Assembly: GCA_025786725.1 (NCBI GenBank)
Contig: JAHLTZ010000029.1
Location: forward strand, 124,001 to 188,000
Direction of reading: 5' to 3'
Length of the DNA: 64,000 nucleotides
DNA from: Syncephalis fuscata S228
Taxonomy: Eukaryota > Fungi > Zoopagomycota
Shown here: positions 1 to 15,989 of the stretch, in pieces
Layout of the letters: every line of letters begins with the position of its first letter
How positions within the stretch are numbered: position 1 is the stretch's first letter
The notes under the pieces: generated by a model
Database searches by the model: none
What the model saw: the letters and a program-made list of their open reading frames with translations, nothing else
What the model was told of the DNA's origin: nothing
Translations under genes and position numbers: made by a program

Positions 1-1566
1 CATATTTAGGATAGTAGACGGCTGCAACTATAAGCATATTAGAATAGTATCCAATAAATGTTAGATAGGATTTACCTTTTGGATGCATATGTAAATAATC
101 GCATAATGATTCCGCTGTGTTATTGATTTGAGTAACTCGTTTGGCAAATGTACGAGAATTACGTTCCAAGAAAATAGCATCTTCCCACCAAAACATATCC
201 TCGTAGCCGGGCTGTCCACTGCCATCATCTACGTTTAATGCATGGTTGATTCGGGCTCCATAAGGCAAATTAGGATTTGCAACTAAACTATAATCAGTGT
301 TAATTAACATGACACAAATTCATTGTCTATCCATTTACCATCCGCCCATTACATTACAGTCTCCACTGAAAAACTTGGTCAAACTAGCTACAATAATATC
401 AACTAGAGGTAGAATTTCAATATCGGAAAAGCCGCCCAATGTCGCATCTACAACAATGGCAAAACTGTACTGATTTGCCAATGCACGTAACCGATGAAGA
501 TTAGATGAACGTAAAAGCGGATTGCTAGGAAATTCGCAAAAGACAGCAAGAATCCGCTCCTGAGCAGGATCTGCCAATTGCTTTTCCAATGCGTCGATAT
601 CTTCTTCCAAGGCATAACCAAAAAATAGACAGCCTGGTCCAAACTTTTCCAAAATTTTAAGTGTATCTGTGTAAGGAAAACTGATTATTATTCATTAGTA
701 GGTACATTTTAATTAATCATTACTTACCCAAAACAAACACTTTTACGCTCTGGATGTATAGCACGTAATAGACGATGCGTATTATAAATGGCACTCATAC
801 CACATGGATACAAGTAAACGTTATCCTCTTTTAACTTATTACACTCTACCGAGCTATTACTTCTATTGTTACTATCCATATGCTTTGTAAGCTCATTAGC
901 AATTCTTTGTTGCATCAATGATTTGGCTTCGTTGGCTTGTTTTGCACAAAGATTACGACCATATCGTTCTTCAACATAAAAGTTTGCTTCCTCCCAAATC
1001 TCCGCTTCTCCGTCTTCCATAGCATTATTCGTTGTACTACTGTTGCCCAATGATGGCTGCTCCAAAGGAATACCCGCCTCTAGTAAGCATCGTTCGGCAA
1101 ATCGCGATGAAATACCATCGCCCGTGTGTTGCCAAAAAGCTTTAGCAAATGCCCAGTCCTCTTTTAAAAGCACCGTCACATGTACAACTTGCGATCCAAA
1201 CGTGCAATTTGCAACATGAATATCGTCGCTTTGTCCAACAACTCGAGTCGGATTTGTGAGCTTGCGCTGCTCTATAATAAACTGGCGACAACGTTTAGCT
1301 ATACTTTGCGTTGGTAATAATAGACATTGCTTGTCTGGACCAGTGCCCAATTGCTCCAGACAACAGCCAGCCAATTTACGTATAGCTATGTGAATAACAA
1401 AACGCGGATAAGCGCTACGTATAGCGTTATGGATATGTGGTGCTCCCTCTTCATAGTCGACGTTATCCTGCCAAGTTGGTAACGAGACCGACACCGCGTG
1501 TGGAGTATCAGGTGGAATGCTTTCTGTAGCCCGTAATTGACGGAATGTCGGTGCCTTCGTTGTCAT
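1..1566 (-). CDS. STR2: Cystathionine gamma-synthase (PLP-dependent Cys/Met metabolism family), multi-exon, 3' end runs off window
   Basis: Translated exons contain PPDTPHAVSVSLPTW, YPRFVIH, FWQHTGDGISSR, YPCGMSAI, CEFPSNPLL and the PLP-lysine motif SLTKFFSGDCNVMGG. ATG at 1566; GT-AG introns at about 727-681, 338-288 and 75-28. Confidence 0.9.
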
Positions 1567-2217
1567 ACTGACGTTCAAATAAGCTATAAACTGTACGATA
1601 ACGTATAGTAGTAGGTAGTGTAGTTTACGAATAGGAAGTAGAAACAGTGTTGGCAGGCCGACAACGGAATACTTGTAGCTTTTCTTCATCTATCTCGTTG
1701 TCTCCGATCATCTCGCATCTTCCCTCCTCTTCTTGACATCTCACCGGTTTAGTTGTTTGCCACGCCTCTCATTGGTGTGTTCCATCATTACTCGAACTTA
1801 TCCTAAAAATGGCGTGATTGGCGGTCACAAGCTTGTACATCTATTTTATTTGTATATTAACATTGATTAATAGAACTGGGCATCAATTAATTTCAGCTAT
1901 AACATTACTAATGACACATTAGTAAACTATCCAATGCAATAGCCATTTGTATATTATACTAAATCTTATAACTAAACTAATAGTAAGAACATATTTAATA
2001 AATTTATACTTCAATGATAAATAAACAAATCCTTTATTACAATTAGATACTTGTAATTAAAATAATAACAAAATAGTAACAAAATATTTAATACAGGAGA
2101 ATTGTCATACTCAAAAGGGCCGCGTCAACTTTTATCTATACTTTTTCTTAAAGCCCCACTTGTTGATCATTTGCCATCACAGCAATACGCTTGTCATATT
2201 ATTATATTAGTTCTGAC

Positions 2218-2736
2218 ATGGCCACCGACCACGAACGTATTGGACCCTTGGATCTTGTTCGACTTAGTTTGGACGAACGTATCTATGTTAAATTACGGGG
2301 CGATCGTGAATTATTGGGTCGTCTTCATGTAAGTCAATAGCCTTAATCTTGCTATGCAACACAATATAATAGTAGAATACTAACAATACAATATAACTGT
2401 TGTTTATGACAACCAATATAGGCATATGATCAACATTTAAATATGGTTCTGGTGATGTAGAAGAAACTATTACTGTAGTAGAAATGGAAGGCGAAAAGGA
2501 TACATTACGCGTAAGTATATTGCAATAACCACTACCGCTCTTATACAAGTATCAATATCTTTCTATTTTGCTTTTATCTTTATAGACTGTTAAACGCCAG
2601 TCAGAAATGCTATTTGTTCGTGGTGACGGTGTAATTTTGGTAAGTTACAATGATATAGGATGGTACAGTAGACATAACCATTATGTTATATCCATCTACA
2701 AACTATTAGGTATCACCGCCGACACGAAGCGAATAA
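2218..2736 (+). CDS. LSM3: U6 snRNA-associated Sm-like protein LSm3 (4 exons, one apparent 1-nt indel near 2450)
   Basis: Manual splice: [55 protein letters not shown].../[26 protein letters not shown]. Confidence 0.93.
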
Positions 2737-3189
2737 AGTATTGCTATTCTTATAAATTGACTAAACTGTAATAGTTTTATTAATTGCGTATTGCCACTGA
2801 TGAATTGATGAATTGACATTATTAGTATTAATGTATTAATGTAATAATAAAAGACATTTTTATTGAATAATAGCTTGCGTCAGCATTAATATGCCATTTT
2901 ACACACATAAATAACCATACAAATTATAATAACAATGATTATTAACTAACATCATCATCATCATCATCACTATTTGTCAATAGTTTGTTTCGCTGCGTCA
3001 CTGAGCCACTCTTTGCTCATCCTTCCTTTAACCACCACGTATAGTCATCACTACCATCATCGGCCGCTTTTCCGCATCTTGTGTTTTCGCCGATTATACT
3101 AAACAACTGTCTATAGTGTTTCTTGTCCGGTCATCCACGGTATTTTGATCTAATTGCCAAGATCATCTCTAGTCTTTTGACAGATCAGT

Positions 3190-6056
3190 ATGGCGGACAA
3201 CAACAATCCTCCACGACGTCAACCGTCGCGTCGGGCCAAGAAAGAAGGCGAGGAGGAGGATCAGCAACCGCAACAGCAACAGCAAGCACCAAAGAAGCGT
3301 ACAACAACGACGAGCAAGACAACGGCGGGTGCAAGTGGTAGTACTTCAAAGACAACCAGCACAACGACGACAACAACAACGAGTACGACACGTACGATGA
3401 GCCGGACTGGCTCTTCAACAGCTACACGTCGTTCAGTCTCGAATGCCAGTAGCGATGCTGGTGCTGAAAGCTCGTCTTCATCCACTACTACTTCAACGAC
3501 GTCGCGTATTGGCCGTACTGCTTCGACACGTGGCGGTGCAACTTCTAGCACTTCCGCTACTGCACGTACATCCCGTACAACAACACCAACAGCCACGAGT
3601 GCTGCTGCTGCTGCTAAAAAAGAATCTACCATTCCTACTCGTCGTCCTGCTACTCGTCCTGCAACGACTACACGGACAGCAGCTAGTGGTAGCAGTAAAG
3701 ATGCGGCTGCCCCTGCTAAAACAGGTGCTGCTCGTACCGTACGTTCTGGCACTACTGGCACCGGCGCTTCTTCTTCTTCTTCAACAAAGTCTTCGACAAA
3801 GGAAACGGTCGAGTACGAAATGACTGTCGATTCGGATCAAGTACCCTCAAAGAAGCCGGTCAAAAAGAATGGTGCCTCTGGATCAACTTCTACTGATGAC
3901 GATGTTACTATGGCTACTACTGATGAACCAGAACCAGAAGTAGATCCTGTTGAAGAAGCATTGGCATTAGTTGTATCAGGTAGATAATTGATAACATTCA
4001 TATATTCGTGTTAATAACCTATAATAATATAGATATTACACAAAACTTTTATTTGTTACAAAAGGCTGTTGCTACTATTGAGGCACGTTTTACCACAAGA
4101 GTCATTCGTACACTTGTATCGATTCGTCGTCGTATGGATGCTGAAGCATTGAAACGGGCCATTAAAGCGTATACATCAACTGGTAACATGAATACATTAT
4201 AAACTAGATAAATACTAATGTTGTTAATAACAAAATAGAAAATGAGCAAATGGATGTACTACTTGGCTATTTGGAACAAGTAAGCTTATTTATAATTATT
4301 TATAATCAATATGCTAACAATAATGATCTGTAATAATTGTCTAATAGGCCGATACAAGCTCAATGGAAGTAGACAAGTCGGCTGCCACTGCTGTTCATGC
4401 CACTGCTCATGAGGCAATTGTACCATTGCCTGAAATTGAAATGTACCTCGGTTTACTCGTGTTGGTATGGCTTATCGATCAAAAGCAATTGGATCAAGTA
4501 AGAAAGCAAGCTTTTTAATGTATAATCTAATCTTTAATTATGACATATAATTGCGTGTAGGCGATCATTCTATCTCAAAAGCTTGTAGCTCAGATTGGCC
4601 AGTTGAACCGTCGTACACTTGATCAAATTGCCGCTCGTATTTTCTTCTACTATGCGCGTGTATTTGAACTGGCCGAACGATCGGCAGAAATCCGTCCACA
4701 ATTACTGGCTGCTCATCGTACGGCCAATCTGCGTCATGATGATGAATCACAGGCAACGTTGATTAACTTGTTGTTAAGAAACTACTTCCAGCAAAGTTGT
4801 ATGACCAGGCTGACCATCTGTCTCCAAGACTACATTCCCTGAATCGACGAGTAACAGTCATTGGCACGTTATCTCTACTATCTTGGTATGTATTAATAAC
4901 CAATTTACTCGAAATACTTACCGAGTCTTATAGGTCGTATCAAGGCACTACAGCTCAAGTATACCGAGTCTCATCAACATTTGACAACGGCAATTAGAAA
5001 AGCCCCTCAAGCTGGTACGGCAGCCGGATTTCTCCAATCGGTAAATAGGCCATCGATTATTAATTCATTATATTAATCCATTATATAATCCATTATATAA
5101 TCCATTATATTAATCCATTATATAATCCATTATATAATCCATTATATTAATCCATTATCCATTTAATACACTGCTATTTATAGGTGTACAAATTCTCGAT
5201 TATTGTTCAACTCTTAATGGGCGAGATCCTGAACGGTCTATCTTCCGTCAACCAATGCTGAGAAAGGCGCTTATTCCTTATCTTCATCTTACACAAGGTA
5301 AGTGTATTTATTATATTTGCACACAAAACTACTAATAACACATTGAATAGCGGTACGTATTGGTGATTTGACCCAATTCCAAGAGACATTGGCCAAATAT
5401 GAAGCTACCTTCCATGTGGATAATACGTATACACTGATCCTTCGGTAAATATCTAGTATTTAATGGCAGTTATATGTTATTTACTTTGTTACTACTAGAC
5501 TCCGTCATAATGTGATCAAGACTGGCGTGCGCATGATTAATCTTTCGTATTCTCGTATTTCCTTGCGAGATATCTGTTTGAAACTACACCTTGACAGTGA
5601 GGAATCAGCCGAGTACATTGTTGCTAAAGTAAGATATTCTTTGTAATATCTATTTATAATGTAATACTTATTTATTAATAGGCTATTCGAGATGGCGTGA
5701 TTGATGCCATTATTGATCATGAACACGGTTACGTCCAGTCAAAGGAGAATGCCGATATTTATGCAACAACAGAGCCACAACATGCCTTTGACCAGCGTAT
5801 TACGTTCTGTCTCACTTTGCACGATGCTTCAGTTAAGGTGTGTATTATTATTACTATCAACTATATATTAGTTAAATATAACTGCATTATTTATTCTATC
5901 TAGGCTATGCGCTATCCAAACTCGGACAAACAGGATAAAGACGAAGAAGATGCCGAGAATAAAGAAGAAGGCGAAGGCGAGATGCACAATGATATCACGG
6001 CTTTAATTGAAGATTTAGAAGATATGGACGAAGATGATATGCTTGATGAGTTTTAA
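3190..6056 (+). CDS. RPN3: 26S proteasome lid subunit Rpn3 (PSMD3), multi-exon, with a long low-complexity N-terminus and apparent indels
   Basis: [94 protein letters not shown]. Confidence 0.93.
5066..5158. repeat. Intronic tandem repeat of CCATTATAT(T)AAT (12/13-nt units)
   Basis: About 8 consecutive copies inside the RPN3 intron that starts at 5041. Confidence 0.85.
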
Positions 6057-6641
6057 ATTTCAATAAAGTGCTATTTTTATAGCTTGAACAATAAATCGTC
6101 AATATAGCAATGCATTAATAGATAGTTTATTATCTATTCTATTAATGTATTAATGACTCACTATTACTACAAGTACTATGAGTGTCAATGGTTAAGCAGC
6201 AAGTTATTAATGCATTATCATATGATTAGTGATTATTGGTGTAAAATGCTGTATACTATCCATTGAGATTAGTACAAAATAATCAAAGACATTTATTGGT
6301 CAATAATCCATGTATGTATTTGTATGTATGTATGTATTTGTATGTATGTACGTATTTGTGTGTGGGTGGGTGTGTGAATATGAGTAATACAAGTAGCAGC
6401 ACATATCAATCATGGCCACGACCTTTTTCCAACTTTCCTTCACTTTCCTTAAGCTTCCCAGTTCACCCGGGCATAGTTTTTATCTTTTCTTACTACTGCA
6501 ACTACTACTCTACTACAACTACTACCACTGCCGTCAACGCTATCACCACCACCACCACTTCAACTGTTCTTATTGCACTCGTTGACCAGGTACAAGTTTA
6601 CTACCACCGTACATCTCTGTCGGCATCATTACAGAATCACT

Positions 6642-7940
<1,299 letters not shown>

Positions 7941-10900
7941 ATGATGGCCGATGGCAAACAATAACTCTATCAAATACAGTGCGATGGCGACGATGATCTA
8001 TTTTTTGTCCCTTCTTTACAGCATAATTATCGTTTTCTATTACGGCAATAAAGCGTACCATAACGGTAATTAAGTGAAAATATAGCCATTGTTTTAATTA
8101 ATATAAAAATGCTATTAAGATATTAGTAGTATGGTAAACAATCTTATAATTAGCAACTAAATACGCATTGTAATAGTATTAGTGTTATTCTAGCAATTAG
8201 CTACAGGCTTAAATCATTTATTAATTATTATAAAATTAAATTGAATCGTGTAATAGCTAATTACTATCTATAAACTCATTTTAACTGTACTAATCTTTAA
8301 TACTAGTTGGTGCAGCCTTTTTACAACTATATGCTACGATAACACATAGTTATTGATAGCTCATAAAACTGTTACAAATGTTGACATCTGATGTATCACG
8401 GAAACCGCTTTCATCAACAGTGAACGGGACTTGTTTTAAATTGTTTGATCTATCTTTTTTAACATGGGAAAGGAGGGGAAAAGGCAAAACCGGTAAAGCA
8501 GAGGGCGTATGTGTGTACTGCCTTATAATTGAATATAACTGAGGCCGTGAGGTGTTAGAACGACAACAAATAATGCTTGGCTTTTAGAGAATACCACACA
8601 CAGTATAACAAATAACTAGATAGCTTATAACTTTTATTCTACACAACAACACTGGTCAGATATCCATCTACCTTTTCTTTACCTTTTATCTCGTCAATAC
8701 GCGCCACACTCACTCACTTACTTACTTGCACGTTTGCTTCAATAGCAACCATTGCATTACTTTTGTTTTTTCTTTTCTCTCTTCGTTGGTTACTCTAGTA
8801 ACCAGTACACTTACGGCTATACGTATTTTTCTCCTTTATTGGTCAGACTCGATTGCCGGACATATCTAGTGTGATACTGACGAATCGTATTTTATTTTAC
8901 TTTGGTAAGTTTAAAGACCGATTAATTGTATTTATTGCGAGGTTATTATGGCGTTCGGAATATTTCTACGCCGAGTTCGGTGCTATACCACCATTTACTA
9001 TTATTGGATGTCTTCCAATCTATATAACAAATAGATCCTATAACGGAGTCTATAACCTATACAATGCCTATGGCGGCATAGAAATCTACTATAACCACCA
9101 TGGTTGGTTGGTTGGTTGGTTGGTTGGTTAATTGTTATTAGTCAATGGCAATGGATACATGATCAATTGATTGTTGTTGCTTTGATAGTTGTCTATATTC
9201 GTATGATGGCTGTTATTGTTATCAGATAACCGGAATAGACTCGTATCATTAAAACTGCACTAATCCTTGTAGCAACAACAAAAGTTGACTAATCATCTTC
9301 ATAATATGACTATAACATGGCATGACGGCCATGACTCTACACCATCATTGCAACTCCCTTTTTTATCATGTGCTTTATTAAATAGTATGATTTGGGGTGT
9401 ACAAGAGATCTAAACATGGTAGAAGAAGGGGACACCCTTCTTTTCTGGCTATAAAATACACACACAGTATTGCTACCTTGACACACAAAAATACACACAC
9501 ATCACTAGATGCATGTTGTATAGTAGCATCCTTTGTTAACAATAGGATAGTCAGAAGCAATCCAGCTATAGAGATAATGGCCTGTATCCGATATTTACGG
9601 GCCATTTATTCTATGCGCCTGGCCAAGCGTCTATTATCCCTCTCTCTCTCTTGCTTTCTCTCTATTGTTCTTTGTAAGCGTAAGAGGAAGTGAAATGAAT
9701 TAGGAAAGAACGAACGAACAAAAGAAAGAAAATAGAATGCCACCTTTGGCCTTGACTGTCCACACTTGTTCTCACGTGTTGGTTGCATCTATAATTATTG
9801 TGTATCATGCTCTGTCCTGGTACTAGTAAGTTAACTACTGAGGTGTGTATGAATGATAGGTTGGTTGGTTAAACAACAATATACACTTGTATGAATCTAT
9901 GAGGGTGTTTATGAGACTCCGTTCATCCAATGTGTGTGTGTGTGTGTGTGTGTATAGACAGCATACATCTTCCCCCAATCATTCTTATTCTCTCTTTTCC
10001 TTCCATAACACTTCTCTTTCGTCTTTAACCACCAACCACTGCTATTACTGCTATTACTGTCACTGCTACAATTCTATTCGTATTACTACTACGCATATTG
10101 GCAACTTGTCTATTAGTAGTATTTACTTTTGTTCATCTTTTATTTACGGCTCAATACTCCTTTGACACTTGTGTGTGGGTGTGTGTATGCGCACTCTACT
10201 CCTCCTCTCACTTCACCACTGACCTGTCCTTTCTAAATCCACGCATCGCCGTATTATATACATATATACAGTATTGATTTGTGTTGGCCACCAACATAAC
10301 AGCAATAGCTATAGCATAAACAAAAACATCAGTACAGCATTCAAGGCTTATTGTTGTTGTAATAGTTAGTTTTGTTATTGTTATCTTTGTTCGTTACCTC
10401 ACACTGTTATTACTGTGTACTATTCTCGCTGGCTTGTTTGTGAACTTGTTCCACGAGCGGTTGTCCAACCATTGTTTAACAGCCGCTCTATCGTTAATCT
10501 ATCCCATTTCATTTATTTTTGCGCCATATCTAATAGCGTTTGTTACTTTTGTTGTGTTGCATACTTTCGTTTATTTGGTTTCTTTTTCATTGCGTTTCGT
10601 TCTTTGCCAGGAGCAGGTGTGTATATGCGATTGAGTTTATTATTGTTTGCTGCATGGGTAGGGAGGCAGAAGGTACTGCCGCTTTTTTGTTTTTGCGTTG
10701 ACAACAGCTTTAATCAAGCGATAGTCAGGTTAGCAAGGGTGGTTATTATTAGCGCATATGCATATGAAAATAGTGCATGGACCAATACTAATCTTGAATT
10801 GTTCTTTGTGGATAAAAATAGCACAACCCGTACGTATTGGTCAACGCCTTTTCCTCAATACGCGAACGGCGACTTTTCCTCAAGTATAACTGTCCGCGTA

Positions 10901-11216
10901 GTGTTATCTGCTTTTCTTACGTATTTATCACCTTAACAACGACAAAACGACAATAGCAACCATCACCACTATCACTACTACTACTACTACCATTACTACT
11001 ATTATTACTACTACTATTATCACAATAACAGCAGCAGTAGCAGTAGCAGCAGTAGCAATAACAGCACATCAATAACCATATCTGACATATAACACCGATT
11101 CAATAACACTCAAACATTATTGTTGTATCGGTCGTTTCAGATTGGTTATCCAGCAGTAGCCTTGGCTATTTACTGTGCATTATAATAGTACTCGTGTTAT
11201 TCGAGTGCAATACGGC

Positions 11217-13708
11217 ATGGTAAACAGTGTAGCAGGCGTAGTCAATATTGCACCCGGTAGCGACGTTACCGCTGCAAAACGGGATCGGCGCCGGTACGGC
11301 ATGTACATCGCCCCTACCTACAACGATACCGACGAAGGCCACACAGAAAGCGAGTGGATAAACCATTTGGATAAAATGGATTCAGCCGCTTCTATGATTC
11401 CATCGATTACCAATAGTGCTAATGGTGCACCCAGTGACGCTCAAGTTTCACCACTTGTCAATGGAATAGATCAGCATGCAAGAAAACCACACGGTCAGTC
11501 AACAGCAACATCCGTAACAAATACGCAACGCGTGGCCGCCAATCTTGTGCATCCTACACCCACATCAGCCAATGCTTCAGTATATGGCAGTCCACATAGC
11601 GCAAATTCAATAACTATGACTGATAGCCGCAATAGTTTAGAGGCCTCGTCTGTTATGTCGACACCAGGCGTAACACCAGATGGACACAGCTTAATAACCA
11701 GTCAGTCTGAAGATGAAGATCAATTGAATGAAGATGGACTTTTAGAAATGCGTATGGCTACAAGAGATGTTCTATCTTCGTCACCACAAGTAAGCTCAAT
11801 GCATTATTGCGCCTCACCCGAACCAGATATGTCAGAAACAGTGTCATTGGCTGGCGATAGTTCGACAAATACTAGATCTGGTGGTCGTGAACGGCCTACC
11901 AGTATGCGTTCATTGTCTGAAGGTGTTGGCTATGGCGGTGCTGCTCCCATGACTGAAGCAACTCGATTTGCACAGCGACAAATGCGCCAAGGTCGTCAGC
12001 GCTATTCCATGGGTCCAACGCGTCCAAGCGGCAAACGCGCTTCAATTTATTTGCCACCCGATGCACAGTCACCACCTGGCGTGTCTACATCGCGTCTACT
12101 TAAACGTCGTTCATTGACTCGACGTGCAACTTACAATATCGGTGGCCTTCCTAAACATTTGGCAGGTGCCGGTGTAAATGGCCAATCAATTCGACCATCT
12201 TCGGGTATGTTTGATGGCGTTGATTTACGTGCAGGTGATCCTAGCCCAAACGATCTACAAAGCTGGGAAGCTGCGAAACAGCAACTACGTGCACGTAAAA
12301 CAACACGTCGTAAGCGATCTATTGGCCAAACCAATGTACAACGTGTATCTGCAGCTGGTGAAGAACGTATCATTGGCAATCCAATTAAAGAAGGCCATGT
12401 CAATTACGTATTGATGTACAACATGCTTACGGGTATTCGCGTTGCTGTATCGCGTTGCACAGCCAAGCCATTCCGTGAGCTTGTTGATGCTGATTTTGTA
12501 GCAGCTCACAAACTTGCTTTTGATATTACTGGCGGTGAAATGACGCCCTCATCTAAATACGATTTTAAATTTAAAGACTACGCGCCATGGGTCTTCCGTC
12601 ATATCCGTCGTAAATTCGGCGTTACTTCGTCGGATTATCTTGTTTCACTTACCAGCCGGTACATTCTATCCGAATTGGGCTCACCCGGTAAAAGTGGCAG
12701 CTTCTTCTACTTTTCACAGGACTATCGTTTTATCATTAAGACCATTCATCATGCTGAACACAAATTCCTACGAAAGATTCTAAAGCATTACTGGGAACAT
12801 GTTGAGCAGAATCCACATACGCTTATTTCACGATTCTTTGGTCTGCATCGTGTTAAAATGCCGCACGGCCGAAAGATTCATTTCGTAGTTATGAGTAACA
12901 TCAATCCACCCAACCGTGATATCCACGAAACATACGATCTTAAAGGTTCAACGGTAGGTCGTATATTAAGCGATGATGACCATGCAAAGCAGCCTCAACT
13001 GCCAATGAAGGATTTGAATTGGATTCAACGCGGACAACAATTAGAATTTGGACCACAAAAGCGTGATATGCTTGTACATCAAATGGAACGTGACGTTAGC
13101 CTATTATCTCGTCTACGCATTATGGACTACAGCTTACTGGTTGGTATACACGATGTAGCACGCGGCAATAGCGAAAATATCCGCAAAGCACAACTATCGT
13201 CTTCCAACCGGGTACAGAGCAGCTGCCAGGTCGACCAGGCCAACAAACCAAAGTTACGGCTGTACGTAAAGCCGTGGTCACTTCAGATCCGGTGGCATTT
13301 GATCCGGAAAGTGAGAAGTTACACGATGACCATTTCGATGAACGTCGTCTATGCGTATTCCAACAAGACGAAGGCGGCTTCCAAGCGACCGATAATATGG
13401 ATAATCCAATTGATATTATTTATTATATTGGTATTATTGATATTCTAACGCCATATAGCATGACGAAACGAATGGAACATATGTTTAAGTCGATTGGCCA
13501 CGATTCAAATGGCATATCGGCTGTTCGCCCTTCTCTATATGGACGTCGTTTCCTTAACTTTATGATCAATGCTATTCGATCGGCCGGAGAAGGGCGACCA
13601 AATAGAGGTGGCAGTAGCGGCATTGGATCTTCACCTGGTCGACCCGGCTCTATACGACGCAGTGATTCCATGCGACGAAAGCGTTTATCTCGTGTGCATA
13701 CCTCTTAG
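11217..13708 (+). CDS. MSS4: Phosphatidylinositol-4-phosphate 5-kinase Mss4/Its3 (apparent frameshift near 13200-13270; start codon uncertain)
   Basis: HVNYVLMYNMLTGIR, FKFKDYAPWVF, SPGKSGSFFYFSQDYRFIIKT, YDLKGS, IMDYSLLVG. The kinase C-terminus YYIGIIDILTPY lies in ORF 13274-13708. Confidence 0.93.
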
Positions 13709-15038
13709 ACGTGCACACTTATAGATGCACCCACGCACATCACCACTTTATCTTCATCGTTAGTATGTCAGAGCCGGATCACCGATAAACTATGCCACAT
13801 CCGCTTTTTTCTATATTAATGACTGTTTTTGTAGTCTTTCTATCATTGCTGTTCCTCTCCCTTCTCCACTCTATTCATTCATTCCCCCTCCGCGCTTTAC
13901 TTTGCATTCTATCGTCCATTGACTGGCTATAATAACCCATTCACAGCTAGCCAATAGTAACATGCTGGTTGTTTTCTCTTAGAAAACCTTCCATCTTTAC
14001 TGGAAAGCATGGTTATTTCAATTACTATGGCTATTCTACTTGTTGGGAGCTCCTTTATTTTTTGAAGTTTTTGGGCGCCATCAACTTATGTGGCCATATT
14101 CTACGTTTATTCACAGCTACTACAAATCATTTAAATACATCAACAAGTCGGTGTATTTAAATGAGTACACGTTGTAGTATCATGATGTCTTTTACTCTAC
14201 ATTTTTCCTTTATATCCTACTATTTAGCATTTATTACACTTTTCCACCTATGTCTTATTAAAACAACGTTTATATTAGTTACATTTAAGACTTTACTATA
14301 AATACAAAGAAATATATTGAGTTATTACACTAATCGAACTATTTTAATATTTATAATTAATACACCAATACTGACTATAATAAATAGTAAATTATACTTA
14401 ATTTATTTAAATAGATATCAATAGCTATTAATTATTTTAATTATAATGAATCTATTGGGAGCTACTGTACTTTGAGTCTCTAACTTCAACCTGAAGAACA
14501 AAAAGGTTTACAATTTAAACAATAAGCCGTCGATCAGTTTTTACTACTAAGAAGTGGTATTTGCTGAAGTAGTATCATATCAATTCTGTTTGAATTAATC
14601 AGTGTCTTAATTAATCAGCACTATTTCTGATATCCGATATCAGTGTTAATAAATGGTAAATAGTATTCCATGTTACTTACAATAAAATATTACATTTAAT
14701 TATGATGTTGCTGCAACTGTGTTAGTTTAATTTCTTATAATAGTAGATGGTAAGAAATCAGAAGGCCTTGGTTTACCACTGGTTATTGCACTGAATATAC
14801 TGTGCATGTTTCTGCAGGCATTAACATCGCACTATTTATTCATTCATTTAATTTATTAACTTATTGATCCATTTTCTAGAATATAATTACATTTCATTAT
14901 TTAACAATGACAACTTCTATGACTACACTTGTCATTAAAAACATTGGCTTTGATTGCATTTTCTATTACACTTAGTAATTTGTTGGCAGTGTGATCTATA
15001 GCAACAACTTTTAGTATTAAATGGCTTTAATGTTTCTA

Positions 15039-15683
15039 CTGTACTTTGACTCCACATTTTTATTTACTTATTTCACCCCTCAACACTTTTAAATACAACT
15101 AAACATTCACTTATCATTATACCATGTATAATATTACATCCAACATTAATTAATCCATGGTAATTATCAACACAATAATGTAATTTAGTATGCACATTAC
15201 GGTATTAGTTGAAGTTGAAATAACATTTATAAAAAAAAGGCTTTTTACACTGAATTGTTAAACATCTTGTTGAAATGGTCTACAAGTATAAAAATAATAA
15301 AATAATTGCAATTATTGAATATAATTATTATAATATGCAAATATGGTTCAAGTAAACAGAAATAAGCTAGAAAAGAAATAGATCACATAACAGTTTGATG
15401 TACAGTATGACAAACAAGCAACAGAAGTAATGAGGAACGACATGGAATCGCGATCATATGGCTTCTATTAATATTCAATCAATCTTTCTACATATGACTA
15501 ACAACAGCAATAATTAACCTCAAATGTTTCAAAGAAATCAAATAGCATGTTACATTATTTATTTAAATTAATTTATTAACAATATATAATAGAAAGTAAT
15601 ATAACTATGTTGTGCATAACAACGACATGACTTCAGCTGAAATGAACTGTGCTTTGGGGACAGATGTGGGAGTCAAAGTACAG
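15039..15683. mobile_element. Candidate MITE / non-autonomous TIR element
   Basis: CTGTACTTTGACTCCACAT (15039-15057) is mirrored by ATGTGGGAGTCAAAGTACAG (15664-15683), with TA on the left side. A third partial end TA-CTGTACTTTGAGTC lies at 14463-14478. No ORF inside. Confidence 0.5.
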
Positions 15684-15766
15684 TTTAACCATTTATTAGT
15701 TTATTCTTAATAACAACGATCTAGAAATGCTAATAAATAGTAGAATAAAACAAATTGCACAGATGT

Positions 15767-15958
15767 TTAACAAGCGGATACTGAAGCGGATGTAATTGAT
15801 GTTAAAGACGAGACAGCTTTTTTCGATTTCCTTGTTCGCTTTACTGGTGTTGATTCCTGGGTTATATTAGTAAATGGTGCTTTACATGTTTTCTGTTTAT
15901 TTGTTACGGTAGTTATCATATGATTACTGTTATCGTTTTCATTGTTTAAAGTAGTAGT

Positions 15959-15989
<31 letters not shown>

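Noticed and set aside
3261-3823. Antisense and alternative-frame ORFs over the RPN3 N-terminus, and similar ones at 16071, 24185, 55177 and 56028
   Set aside because: These are shadows of low-complexity or GC-richer coding sequence with no independent motifs.
8853-10936. Several 60-170 aa ORFs upstream of MSS4
   Set aside because: They are microsatellite-rich with no protein motifs; more likely promoter, 5' UTR and UTR introns.
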